In this document: positions 24,757-32,728 of the stretch, piece by piece | Layout: each line of letters begins with the position of its first letter | Numbering within the stretch: the stretch's first letter is position 1 | IMG/VR virus record: IMGVR_UViG_3300020138_000003 | Coordinates: 1-43,058 of that record | Length of the DNA: 43,058 bases | DNA from: a virus | Direction: 5' to 3' (one strand) | Position numbers and translations under genes: made by a program | Notes under the pieces: generated by a model | Seen by the model: only the letters and a program-made list of their open reading frames with translations | What the model was told of the DNA's origin: nothing | The model's database searches: none

Positions 24757-24771
24757 TTACAACACTTGTAA
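24757..24771. repeat. iterated palindrome TTACAACACTTGTAA (0 mismatches)
   Basis: Intergenic, with 8-bp arms (GATTACAA/TTGTAATC). Confidence 0.95.
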
Positions 24772-24832
24772 TCTCAGGCCATTCGGTATATCCTTCATCC
24801 TATTCGTCGGCCTAACCCAAGGAGCTAGCCCA

Positions 24833-25219
24833 ATGGTCGATCAACGAGGACGCGATAACCCGCCGATCTTCTACCTTGATACCCAGATCGCCAACTATAG
24901 GTATCACGTCCTGCTTACCGAGCCTGTCAGTGATGCGTTTGACATGCTCTTAGACCTCAATCGACAAGATCAGGAACTCAAAGAAGTCAACGGCGAGTTT
25001 CATGTCACGCGCCCCCGAGGCATCTATGGTTTCCAGCGCATCGAGGACCGTGACAAATTCTGCAAGCGTTGTAACGCTCTGTCAGAAATCGATGAGTACG
25101 CAGTCTGTTATCCCGTATTCATTCCAAATTTGGTACTTGACCTACCGTCCAATCTTAGGATAAAGTACCAAAAGGGTCAGGCAGACCTTGCTAAGGAAGG
25201 CTTGTCTGACCTCGACTGA
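24833..25219 (+). CDS. hypothetical protein with a CxxC pair, 128 aa
   Basis: AAGGAG lies 8 nt upstream of the ATG at 24833. Confidence 0.55.
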   Translation: MVDQRGRDNPPIFYLDTQIANYRYHVLLTEPVSDAFDMLLDLNRQDQELKEVNGEFHVTRPRGIYGFQRIEDRDKFCKRCNALSEIDEYAVCYPVFIPNLVLDLPSNLRIKYQKGQADLAKEGLSDLD

Positions 25220-25237
25220 CCCAACCAACCAACCCTG

Positions 25238-25252
25238 TTACAAGTTTTGTAA
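25238..25252. repeat. iterated palindrome TTACAAGTTTTGTAA (0 mismatches)
   Basis: Intergenic, between 25219 and 25273. Confidence 0.95.
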
Positions 25253-25272
25253 CTCAACCCGAAGGAACTGAA

Positions 25273-26274
25273 ATGTCCACTGATACCAACGTCGCTACCA
25301 TCACTTCCAACTCGCTGCCTGCGCTCAAGTCGCTCGAAGAGACGGGCGTTGCTGGCTTCGGCAACAACTATCTCAGTGCTCTCATCGCGCAGTCTGCGTT
25401 CGATGAGGAACTGACTGCCCTGTCGGCCGCTGCCGAGAACAGCCGTACCTTCATGAGCTTCGAGCTTACCAAGGCGGTGCTCAAGTTGCAGGAAGAGGAC
25501 GAAAAGGTTAACCTGTTCGCCATCTGGGAAGGCGGCAAGGCTACCGAGAAGCTGAACACACGCGTGCTTGTGCGCATGGGCGTCATGGCGCGCATCGCCG
25601 ATGAGGAAAGCGATAGCGTGGTCTACAAGTGGTCCGACCCTGATCTTGAGAAGCAGTACAACTACGGTGGCGTCGACAAGGAGAAGGACAAGGAAGAGTA
25701 CGAGCGTCGGCTCTCCAACCGTAAGCGTCTGAACATCAACCTCAGCAATGCTTACAAGGCTGCTTGTGCCCTGCTCGATGCCGGGACCAAGGCCGACGAT
25801 ATGGTGATCACGCAGGAAGAGGGCAAGGCGCCCGTTGCGCAGATCACCAATGCCCCTGCTGCGATCGCCGGCGAGCTTGGCTCCAAGCCCGTTGAGTTCG
25901 GTAAGCGTACCGTCAACACTGGTGCCAGCGTCTCGCCCACCATGTCGAGCCTTGTGAAGATCGCTACCCAGAAGCATAAGGTCGAGGACGAGGGCAAGAC
26001 CGGCGAGCGTTCCGACAAGGGCAACGATCGTTCGGGCGAGGCCAAGCTGGGCATTTCCGATGAGGAGTTCGGTGGCATCGTCAACACGCTCAAGCGCGTG
26101 ATCGCGGCGCAGGAGAACAAGTTCTCGGCTGAGAAGATCAAGCAGATGAAGTCGCTGATTGATACCCTCACTCAGGCCGCTTCCAACCCGCCGTTCACGC
26201 CCGAGCCCGAACCCAAGCAGACCGAGGTTAAGGCTGAGCCCAAGGGCAAGGGCAAGACGAACAAGGCGCTGTAA
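25273..26274 (+). CDS. hypothetical abundant-looking early protein, 333 aa
   Basis: GAAGGA Shine-Dalgarno sequence. Lys/Glu-rich sequence. It is followed by a cluster of terminator hairpins. The antisense 366-aa ORF is judged a shadow. Confidence 0.65.
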   Translation: MSTDTNVATITSNSLPALKSLEETGVAGFGNNYLSALIAQSAFDEELTALSAAAENSRTFMSFELTKAVLKLQEEDEKVNLFAIWEGGKATEKLNTRVLVRMGVMARIADEESDSVVYKWSDPDLEKQYNYGGVDKEKDKEEYERRLSNRKRLNINLSNAYKAACALLDAGTKADDMVITQEEGKAPVAQITNAPAAIAGELGSKPVEFGKRTVNTGASVSPTMSSLVKIATQKHKVEDEGKTGERSDKGNDRSGEAKLGISDEEFGGIVNTLKRVIAAQENKFSAEKIKQMKSLIDTLTQAASNPPFTPEPEPKQTEVKAEPKGKGKTNKAL

Positions 26275-26281
26275 CACCCCG

Positions 26282-26296
26282 TTACAACTCTTGTAA
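26282..26296. repeat. iterated palindrome TTACAACTCTTGTAA (0 mismatches)
   Basis: Lies 7 nt after the stop at 26274. Confidence 0.95.
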
Positions 26297-26338
26297 TCTC
26301 CCTCCGTGGTTAACGTCCTCCCGCCACGGCAACTAGCT

Positions 26339-26370
26339 GGGGATTGTTGAGTTCACACTTGACAATCCCC
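26339..26370 (+). terminator. hairpin GGGGATTGT / ACAATCCCC after the 333-aa gene
   Basis: Read directly. Followed by GGCTCTTTC. Confidence 0.5.
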
Positions 26371-26393
26371 GGCTCTTTCTATCTCATACCTAT

Positions 26394-26473
26394 GGGAGCA
26401 GCAGCACACAGGCATCAAGCCCGTCCAGCACACGATGTCTTGTCCTTTCCAACATCGTGGTGCTGTTGCTCCC
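26394..26473 (+). other. 80-nt nested stem-loop (14-bp outer stem, 8-bp inner stem)
   Basis: Outer stem GGGAGCAGCAGCAC / GTGCTGTTGCTCCC with one G-T pair. Inner stem CACGATGT / ACATCGTG. Confidence 0.5.
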
Positions 26474-26570
26474 ACCCAATTCATATCTGACTGTCTGTTT
26501 TGAACAGGGGCAGTCAGTCAGTAGAGCGACTAGCATCGCCGGGCAGCGATCATAGGTCTAGCTCCGAAAG

Positions 26571-26605
26571 TGCCGTGCGAGATTATGTCTCCACGGCATT
26601 TTTGT
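26571..26605 (+). terminator. canonical intrinsic terminator TGCCGTG-loop-CACGGCA-TTTTTGT
   Basis: Read directly. Confidence 0.65.
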
Positions 26606-26678
26606 AGCTGGATTTTGTAGGTGCTCAGTGTTTGTGCCTACTTATTTTGTGAAACAAAATAAAAATAAATAATAGCTA

Positions 26679-26707
26679 TTGCCAAACTCCACAGGAGTTA
26701 TTATAAT
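26679..26707 (+). promoter_or_regulatory. near-consensus sigma70-type promoter (TTGCCA-17 nt-TATAAT)
   Basis: Read directly: TTGCCA at 26679-84, a 17-nt spacer, then TATAAT at 26702-07. It lies after a terminator cluster and upstream of the 26867 gene block. Confidence 0.6.
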
Positions 26708-26824
26708 GTCTTTAGTACAAGGGAGGGCATAGCCCGATACTTGTTGTTTTATTTTTGTTGAAACGAAATTTTATATTTTGTTTCGACCCCGTTCATTACA
26801 AGGTAAGTAGTTCCTGCCCGCGTG

Positions 26825-26839
26825 CTACAAGTCTTGTAA
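26825..26839. repeat. iterated palindrome CTACAAGTCTTGTAA (1 mismatch)
   Basis: In the 5' leader, 27 nt upstream of the ATG at 26867. Confidence 0.9.
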
Positions 26840-26866
26840 CATCTACCCTGTTCTACCCCGAAGCAA

Positions 26867-27175
26867 ATGGAGAATGAAATGGAACACTCTTGGGCCACCC
26901 CAGGCGCCAAAGCCGTGTGCATTGTTGACGATCCGAGCCAATGGTATCGGGTTGGGCACAATGATCGAACCACTCCGCAGTTCATGAACGTGTATACCAT
27001 CCGTGAGCAGGCGCTGCGATACTGTGGTGGGCTTGGTTGCACAGGGCATGTCACGCTCATGTTTGAAGAGTTCCCGCAGGATGCATTCGACATTCGTGGC
27101 TTTGCCCCTGTTCAGGACATGCCTGATGAAGAAGATGAACTCACTGCTCCACCCAAGCAGCCCATCGATGCGTGA
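26867..27175 (+). CDS. hypothetical protein, 102 aa, first gene after the consensus promoter
   Basis: Track ORF about 150 nt downstream of the predicted transcription start. Confidence 0.55.
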   Translation: MENEMEHSWATPGAKAVCIVDDPSQWYRVGHNDRTTPQFMNVYTIREQALRYCGGLGCTGHVTLMFEEFPQDAFDIRGFAPVQDMPDEEDELTAPPKQPIDA

Positions 27176-27429
27176 TGCAAAGACCATCGCGCCTATCAAT
27201 CATCACGCCAAGCTCTAAGCAAGCACCATTCATCGAGTACAATGCCAAGTCCCAACGCTGGCGTGTGTGGCAGTCTTTCAATCCGACTGTTACCGCTGGG
27301 ACTTACCTTGATCTCTATCCTTCAGGCGCAGTTGAGCGCGTAACTCTCGGCCCCGATGGATCGATCAAGGACATTACAACTGTTGTATCGGGAGACACGT
27401 TATGCTCAAGCCTGCAAAACAAATCCTGA
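27175..27429 (+). CDS. hypothetical protein, 84 aa
   Basis: The ATG overlaps the upstream TGA (TGATG). GTG at 27172 is the alternative start. Confidence 0.5.
   Translation: MQRPSRLSIITPSSKQAPFIEYNAKSQRWRVWQSFNPTVTAGTYLDLYPSGAVERVTLGPDGSIKDITTVVSGDTLCSSLQNKS
27374..27388. repeat. iterated palindrome TTACAACTGTTGTAT (1 mismatch)
   Basis: Inside 27175..27429, read as ITTVVS. Confidence 0.9.
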
Positions 27430-27572
27430 TCATCAACTCCAAGCCGACAAAGATCGACGCTGCCGGCTTGATCTATACCTACCCTGTCCTGTTCACCAAT
27501 GGATCGACTGGTGAGGCTAAGGTTTATGCTGACCAGCGTCCTGATTTCATAGGAACCAAGACCAATGACTGA
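27402..27572 (+). CDS. hypothetical small protein, 56 aa (below the track cutoff)
   Basis: GGGAG lies upstream. The stop overlaps the next ATG (ATGACTGA). Confidence 0.5.
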   Translation: MLKPAKQILIINSKPTKIDAAGLIYTYPVLFTNGSTGEAKVYADQRPDFIGTKTND

Positions 27573-28050
27573 GGCATCAGAGCCTGACATCCGATTGTTC
27601 TTTGACACGATCGAAAACCCTGTTGAGTTCCTCACTGACGTAGCAAAGCTGCTCGCTCTCAGTGGCTGGGGGCAGGGTAACTATGCTATCGAGCAGCATG
27701 AGCCCGATCTCCTATACAACTTCTGTATCATTGGTGCTTGCACCTACGTTGCTGCTGGTAAGGCAGGGTATCAGGTAACAAACCTTTCTGGTCTGAGCCG
27801 CATTGCGTATCATCCTCTGTTCGACAAGCTGTTCGAGCCAGTCATCGGAGCCTTCGATCAGTTTAAGGATGTCGTACACTTCAATGACACAGGAACATAC
27901 GGTGAAGTGGTGCGTCTGATCCATGCTGCTATCGAGTACTGGCGAGCACATGATCAGTCCAGCATCTCTGTCATCCGTCGCCAACCTTCTCCCTATCTCG
28001 GAGCCGCCGTTACAACTCTTATAACCAAGGAGACTACGCCCAATGTCTAA
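27565..28050 (+). CDS. hypothetical protein, 161 aa
   Basis: Track ORF, coupled to both neighbours. Confidence 0.6.
   Translation: MTEASEPDIRLFFDTIENPVEFLTDVAKLLALSGWGQGNYAIEQHEPDLLYNFCIIGACTYVAAGKAGYQVTNLSGLSRIAYHPLFDKLFEPVIGAFDQFKDVVHFNDTGTYGEVVRLIHAAIEYWRAHDQSSISVIRRQPSPYLGAAVTTLITKETTPNV
28010..28024. repeat. iterated palindrome TTACAACTCTTATAA (1 mismatch)
   Basis: Inside 27565..28050, read as VTTLIT. Confidence 0.9.
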
Positions 28051-28477
28051 TCCTAAGCCTGTTCTTTCCTCCACCGCTGCTATTCAGGCCGCTGCTGAGG
28101 AAGTCATCAACACCCTGATCCAGCAGCTTCCTTACGATGCGCAGGATGATGCTGATCGTGAAGCTGCTACGCACCATGCCTTGCAGCTGCTCGACAAGCG
28201 TGTCTCATCCCGCATCCGCAAGCTCGATGAGGCTGTTAAGTCATCCTTCCGTGACGGTAGTCTCGCTGCCGAGACAGAAACCAAGGCTTACAGCCGGCAC
28301 ATTTCTCTTGGCACCCCTCGGCGCATCTTCAACGCTGATCAGTTCATCAACCTGATCGCCGAGACTTATCCCGACATCCCGAAGCACAAGCTCCGCACGC
28401 TTGCTGAGGATGACCGTGCCTACAAGACTTCGGCTGCCCCTGTCTCGATCTCTTATGATCTCAGGGATGAGCTTTGA
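28043..28477 (+). CDS. hypothetical protein, 144 aa
   Basis: AAGGAG Shine-Dalgarno sequence. Confidence 0.6.
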   Translation: MSNPKPVLSSTAAIQAAAEEVINTLIQQLPYDAQDDADREAATHHALQLLDKRVSSRIRKLDEAVKSSFRDGSLAAETETKAYSRHISLGTPRRIFNADQFINLIAETYPDIPKHKLRTLAEDDRAYKTSAAPVSISYDLRDEL

Positions 28478-28560
28478 TGCACGATGGCAATCGTTTGGCA
28501 GCAGTTGTTGTGCTGCTTGTTCTGTCCATCGTCATCGTCGTCATAGGGTTTTCCCAATGA
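28477..28560 (+). CDS. 27-aa hydrophobic micro-protein (single TM)
   Basis: My translation gives MHDGNRLAAVVVLLVLSIVIVVIGFSQ. TGATG overlap upstream and ATGA overlap downstream. Confidence 0.4.
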   Translation: MHDGNRLAAVVVLLVLSIVIVVIGFSQ

Positions 28561-28871
28561 GCCTATATATTCATCCCAACATCCGCAATCTAACTGCGGA
28601 TAAACTACACCTGATGATCGAAGCCAATCGTCAGCGTCGTTTGATCACAGCTATCGAAGCGAACACTGCTCGACAGCGCAACCTGTCCAAGATGATCAAG
28701 CGCGATGCTGAGAAGTACACTAAGATTGGGGATCGTCTTGTCACCCGGCTCGCAAAGATTGAGGCTGCCCTCAGTCAGTGTGATGCTGATCTCAACAACA
28801 TGCAGAAGTTGGCCTCATCGATGGGGTTGGTCGAAGCAGAACTTGGCCCGGAGTTTTCGTTCGATGATTAA
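28557..28871 (+). CDS. hypothetical coiled-coil protein, 104 aa
   Basis: ATG at 28557. The track ORF starts earlier at a non-ATG codon. Confidence 0.55.
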   Translation: MSLYIHPNIRNLTADKLHLMIEANRQRRLITAIEANTARQRNLSKMIKRDAEKYTKIGDRLVTRLAKIEAALSQCDADLNNMQKLASSMGLVEAELGPEFSFDD

Positions 28872-29223
28872 GAATTTCAATGGAAGCGCAGGAGTGTATC
28901 CCTGCAATGGCAGAGCCGCGCTGCACGCGCTGGTGCTTGATCTTGCTGAGGCAGGCTATCGCATTGTTACTGTTCTTGCGGAGCCAGAAGGCAGCTATCA
29001 AGTCATAGCGCAACTGGAGGTTGCTGCACCCGAAGATGGGCGGGACACTACAACTCTTGTAACCAAACCTGCCCAACTCGAAGAACTCAAACGCATCCTG
29101 CTTTGGTACGCTGATCAAGTCCGAGACTGTCGTAAGATGGGAGGGGATGGAGACGCTGCCAGAGCCAAGCTTTTTGATGATGGAGGTTCCTATGCCCGAC
29201 TTGCCTTTGCAATCCTCGCCTAA
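28864..29223 (+). CDS. hypothetical protein, 119 aa
   Basis: ATG at 28864 overlaps the upstream stop region. Confidence 0.55.
   Translation: MIKNFNGSAGVYPCNGRAALHALVLDLAEAGYRIVTVLAEPEGSYQVIAQLEVAAPEDGRDTTTLVTKPAQLEELKRILLWYADQVRDCRKMGGDGDAARAKLFDDGGSYARLAFAILA
29048..29062. repeat. iterated palindrome CTACAACTCTTGTAA (1 mismatch)
   Basis: Inside 28864..29223, read as TTTLVT. Confidence 0.9.
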
Positions 29224-29605
29224 CCTGCCTACTCTCGATGCTCTTTGGTCATCGATACAGTTCGTTGATGATCCTGTGTTCACAGCATGGGTCAACGAGC
29301 AGCCCGATAAACATTGGGCCAAGTACGATCTCACTGCTCTGCGCTTAGGCTACGTGCTTGGTCGTGCCGCAGCGGTCACTTGTCACAATCCAAGCCATCG
29401 ACATGCTCGATCCGATCGGCATTGCAAGGTTCTGTTCGAAGCGAGAATGCAATCCGAAGATTGGGTTACTGATCTTGGCCATGCGGTAGGGTTGGATAGA
29501 GTTGATATGCTTCCTGTCATAGTCTACGTCGATGAGGACGGATCGTATTGGGCGCGCCCATTCGATGAGTTTCACGATGGCCGCTTCGAGGAATTGAAAC
29601 CATGA
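29192..29605 (+). CDS. hypothetical protein, 137 aa
   Basis: GGAGG lies upstream of the ATG at 29192. Confidence 0.5.
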   Translation: MPDLPLQSSPNLPTLDALWSSIQFVDDPVFTAWVNEQPDKHWAKYDLTALRLGYVLGRAAAVTCHNPSHRHARSDRHCKVLFEARMQSEDWVTDLGHAVGLDRVDMLPVIVYVDEDGSYWARPFDEFHDGRFEELKP

Positions 29606-29760
29606 CCATCCGTTCATTTAAGCTCAAGCAGATCACCGCCGCTCTGTTGAACGGCTTGTCTTACAATGCCCTGTACGCTGCCATGCCCATCATGCCCGAA
29701 GATCAATGGCGGTACTTTGGTTTTGATCCCGTAACCTTGGAGACTGTTCACCATGACTGA
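29602..29760 (+). CDS. hypothetical small protein, 52 aa (below the track cutoff)
   Basis: ATGA overlap upstream and ATGACTGA overlap downstream. Confidence 0.45.
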   Translation: MTIRSFKLKQITAALLNGLSYNALYAAMPIMPEDQWRYFGFDPVTLETVHHD

Positions 29761-30076
29761 TAATAGTTTGGACCTTACCAACGCGACACCAGCCACCCTG
29801 CCCGCACCCAATGCTGCATCGTTGGAACTGCTCAATCATTACGACACGCTGATCCAACAGCTTCGCAATGAGCAGCATCTGTGCGACAGCATGTTGTCCT
29901 ACTGGCAAACCCGCCAGTCCGATGTTACCCGCTCGATCAACGCGGTCAATGCTGCGGTCGAAGAGTTCAATCGAACTGTTACAAGAGTTGTAACCCCTGC
30001 TCAACAACGACGCGAAGTCCATCGTCGTCCTCGCACCAACCGTAACCCAGCCAAGGACACAAGCTCCAATGCCTGA
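29753..30076 (+). CDS. hypothetical protein with a basic C-terminus, 107 aa
   Basis: Track ORF. Confidence 0.55.
   Translation: MTDNSLDLTNATPATLPAPNAASLELLNHYDTLIQQLRNEQHLCDSMLSYWQTRQSDVTRSINAVNAAVEEFNRTVTRVVTPAQQRREVHRRPRTNRNPAKDTSSNA
29979..29993. repeat. iterated palindrome TTACAAGAGTTGTAA (0 mismatches)
   Basis: Inside 29753..30076, read as VTRVVT. Confidence 0.95.
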
Positions 30077-30356
30077 CATCGTACAGAACATCAGCGAGGA
30101 CATCTTCAAGATCGGCAAGGACTGCAACATCCCTGCCCCGTTCCTCGCAATCATTGCCCAGCAGCATGAGGAAATCCGTATGCTGCAAGAGTACTGCAAG
30201 GAACTCTCTGTTCACATGTCGCAGATCATCGAGGCTTTGAAGTTCAGCCAAAGCCTATACAAAGACAGCAAGGCCAGGCTCGCTCGCATCGAGCAGCGAT
30301 ACACCGATGCCAATCAGGGCCTCGTGAACCCGGAGCAGATCAATGACGGGAACTGA
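30069..30356 (+). CDS. hypothetical protein, 95 aa
   Basis: Track ORF. Confidence 0.55.
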   Translation: MPDIVQNISEDIFKIGKDCNIPAPFLAIIAQQHEEIRMLQEYCKELSVHMSQIIEALKFSQSLYKDSKARLARIEQRYTDANQGLVNPEQINDGN

Positions 30357-31452
30357 TGACAGTATTCACATCCGTTGGACCAAGCTGTCTGAAGCTAACC
30401 TCTTCGCCTACTCGCATTCCAAGGTCGAGGCGATCTTAACCTGTCCAGTCTGGGGCATCATTCGCTATGTCAAGAACCTGTACTATCCAAATGCACAACG
30501 GGCCATGGCCCTCGAAGCAGGTGGTGCAATGCACGACGTGTTTGCAGCGTGTAGGCTCTGGCAGTTACTTCGACTACAGTCTTTGCCGGAGCATTTCATC
30601 CACCACGGACACAGACTGTTTGGTGAAGAACGTTTCACGCGCTGCTGGAAGGATTATGGTGGAAAGGAAACTGACTATCGAGACGAACTCATCAACTTCT
30701 GTTTCAACATCCTGAACTCTGGTGAGTTCTACGACGACACCGACGACAACATACGTACGCTCAGCAACATGGAGACTACTGTCATCCGCTATGTTGATTG
30801 GCGTATGCCGCAGTTCGAGCGAAATCCAATCTGGGTTGAGGATGTCAACGATGCAACCAAGCGCGTAGGTATCGAAGTCACGTTCGACGTGATCATAGCC
30901 TACCGAGGCAAGAGCGTTCGTTACATTGGTACCATCGACGGCATCATCACGCCGCTCAATGCTAATCCCAGCTACCCTGTTCTCGGTGAAGCCTACATCG
31001 ATGAGAACAAAACAGCCTCGCGCCTTGACGAAACTTGGCGCAAATCTTACATGGTTAAGTCCCAGCCGACTGGCTACATCGCAATCGCTCGGATGATTAC
31101 AAGTCTTGTAGTCAGCAAGGTCCGAATGATTGGCGTCAAGATCAAGCAGACCAGATCGTCTGAGGACCTGCGTGCATTCATCGAGGATCGTGAAGATTAC
31201 CAGATGATCAAGTGGGTGCAGAGTTTGTTTCATGCACATGAGATCGTTGAACGATACGAAGCTGATCCTCTACAAGCCCCGCAGTACACCCATTCCTGCT
31301 CGCGGTTCTTCCGACCCTGTTCGTTTATTGATCTATGTGCTGCGTCCCCTGAGGATCAACAAGACATCTACCAATCGATGGTACCGGGCAGACTTAGCCC
31401 GTCAGAAATCAGAGCAAAGGAACTTATGAATGAACTTGCTGATAAAGACTGA
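30343..31452 (+). CDS. PD-(D/E)XK nuclease, RecB/Cas4-like with a Cys cluster, 369 aa
   Basis: Motifs IGTIDGI ... IDENKT ... QPTGY. One N-terminal Cys (LTCPVWG) plus a C-terminal CSRFFRPCSFIDLC, resembling a Cas4-type Fe-S ligand set. Confidence 0.75.
   Translation: MTGTDDSIHIRWTKLSEANLFAYSHSKVEAILTCPVWGIIRYVKNLYYPNAQRAMALEAGGAMHDVFAACRLWQLLRLQSLPEHFIHHGHRLFGEERFTRCWKDYGGKETDYRDELINFCFNILNSGEFYDDTDDNIRTLSNMETTVIRYVDWRMPQFERNPIWVEDVNDATKRVGIEVTFDVIIAYRGKSVRYIGTIDGIITPLNANPSYPVLGEAYIDENKTASRLDETWRKSYMVKSQPTGYIAIARMITSLVVSKVRMIGVKIKQTRSSEDLRAFIEDREDYQMIKWVQSLFHAHEIVERYEADPLQAPQYTHSCSRFFRPCSFIDLCAASPEDQQDIYQSMVPGRLSPSEIRAKELMNELADKD
31097..31111. repeat. iterated palindrome TTACAAGTCTTGTAG (1 mismatch)
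   Basis: Inside the nuclease gene, read as ITSLVV. Confidence 0.9.
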
Positions 31453-31669
31453 GGACCTGCCGATCGATACGCAGCGTATCATCAGAGCGTTGCAGGAAGT
31501 TGATCCCGGCAGTGCTCACCTGATCATTCGAGTTACGAAGCTCGAAGGCGAAGAAGGGCACGATATTCAGTTGATCTCCAATGAGATTGGCAATCCGGCC
31601 GCCGCTCATGAGGTCTTGTCTGTTGTTGTCGAAAGCCTTGGCAAGTACAATCGTAACAATGCAAACTAA
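31430..31669 (+). CDS. hypothetical protein, 79 aa
   Basis: Track ORF overlapping both neighbours. Confidence 0.45.
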   Translation: MNLLIKTEDLPIDTQRIIRALQEVDPGSAHLIIRVTKLEGEEGHDIQLISNEIGNPAAAHEVLSVVVESLGKYNRNNAN

Positions 31670-31928
31670 GGATCGCGTCCGTTTCACGCACATGTCCCGG
31701 CCAGAGTTCATCCACTTCGCCAAGGACTTCCTGTTCATCATGTTCGATCGAGGATCGGCTTCGGAACTCAAGACTATTATAAGTCTTGTAATCGAGGACA
31801 TCGACTTCAAATCCAAGCAAGAGTTTGTCCTCACCATCGAGCAACTATACAGAGAGCTAAAGCACACATGGCAACCGAACTTACAATCACTAGCCCAGCC
31901 GAGCAATTCCCCAGATCAACAGGAATAA
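31659..31928 (+). CDS. hypothetical protein, 89 aa
   Basis: ATG at 31659. It overlaps the next gene by 61 nt. Confidence 0.45.
   Translation: MQTKDRVRFTHMSRPEFIHFAKDFLFIMFDRGSASELKTIISLVIEDIDFKSKQEFVLTIEQLYRELKHTWQPNLQSLAQPSNSPDQQE
31777..31791. repeat. iterated palindrome TTATAAGTCTTGTAA (1 mismatch)
   Basis: Inside 31659..31928, read as IISLVI. Confidence 0.9.
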
Positions 31929-32725
31929 TCTGGGGACCCGCCAAGTCTGGCAAAACCACACTACTCGCCACGCTCCCCGGCAAGAAGCTGATCATCAACG
32001 TCGACCCCGATGGTTACGAAAGCGTGTCCTTCCGTTCCGATTACAAGGTCATCGATCTCTCTGGCCATAGCCACAAGGACATCTGCGCTGCTGCTGAGAA
32101 AGTCGTGCCGTCCATGATTGAGAAGGAACTCGATGACTTCCAGCCCGGAGACAGCGTGTTCTTCGACAGCTTGTCTTCCCTCGGTTGGGCGGCGCTTAAC
32201 GCAGCCATCATCAATCAAGTAGGTAAGTCTCGTGATTTCACTCCTTCAATTGAAGCTCCCGGTCTTAGTGCATACGGTGCTAGGACCAACTACATCGTAT
32301 CCGCAATGCGTAATACGCTCCGAGCTACTAAGCAGCGTAATTTGCATTGCTGGTTTACCGCCCATATGGACACTCCCACCACTAACAAGCAGGGTGATTT
32401 TCTCTACCAGTCTATGACCCTGTCTGAGAACGGTGTGACACAGACCAGCTTGTCAATCTCTGAAATCTGGTTCATGGATCGGGACAACAAGAAACAGACC
32501 TTGGCTATCCAGCCGGTCCGTGGACGTAAGCCGATGGGCACGCGTATGTTCCGGCTCGATGATGTGCCGGAGTTCGAGATCAAGTACAACATCGATGAGG
32601 ACGATAGTCAGATGTACTCGATGGCTACTTGGTGGCGCATGTATCTTGCCAACAACAAACACAAACTCCCTGTCCCCGGTTCGCCGGACTTCCTCAAACT
32701 CTATAAGCAACTCCCGAAGGAATAA
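31868..32725 (+). CDS. AAA_24/Sak4-like RecA-fold ATPase, 285 aa
   Basis: Walker A IIWGPAKSGKTTLL followed by KKLIINVD. Typical phage recombination-module context. Confidence 0.7.
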   Translation: MATELTITSPAEQFPRSTGIIWGPAKSGKTTLLATLPGKKLIINVDPDGYESVSFRSDYKVIDLSGHSHKDICAAAEKVVPSMIEKELDDFQPGDSVFFDSLSSLGWAALNAAIINQVGKSRDFTPSIEAPGLSAYGARTNYIVSAMRNTLRATKQRNLHCWFTAHMDTPTTNKQGDFLYQSMTLSENGVTQTSLSISEIWFMDRDNKKQTLAIQPVRGRKPMGTRMFRLDDVPEFEIKYNIDEDDSQMYSMATWWRMYLANNKHKLPVPGSPDFLKLYKQLPKE

Positions 32726-32728
32726 CAA

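Noticed and set aside
25177-26277. 366-aa minus-strand ORF antisense to 25273..26274
   Set aside because: It is Leu/Gly/Arg-rich, a typical mirror of a Lys/Glu-rich gene. It has the opposite orientation to every neighbouring gene. The plus-strand ORF has a proper RBS and downstream terminators.
32582-32598. 17-nt exact repeat AAGTACAACATCGATGA, also at 39640..39656
   Set aside because: Both copies encode K-Y-N-I-D in unrelated genes with common codons. There are only two copies and only half of a palindrome arm (GTACAA). This is insufficient to call a repeat family.
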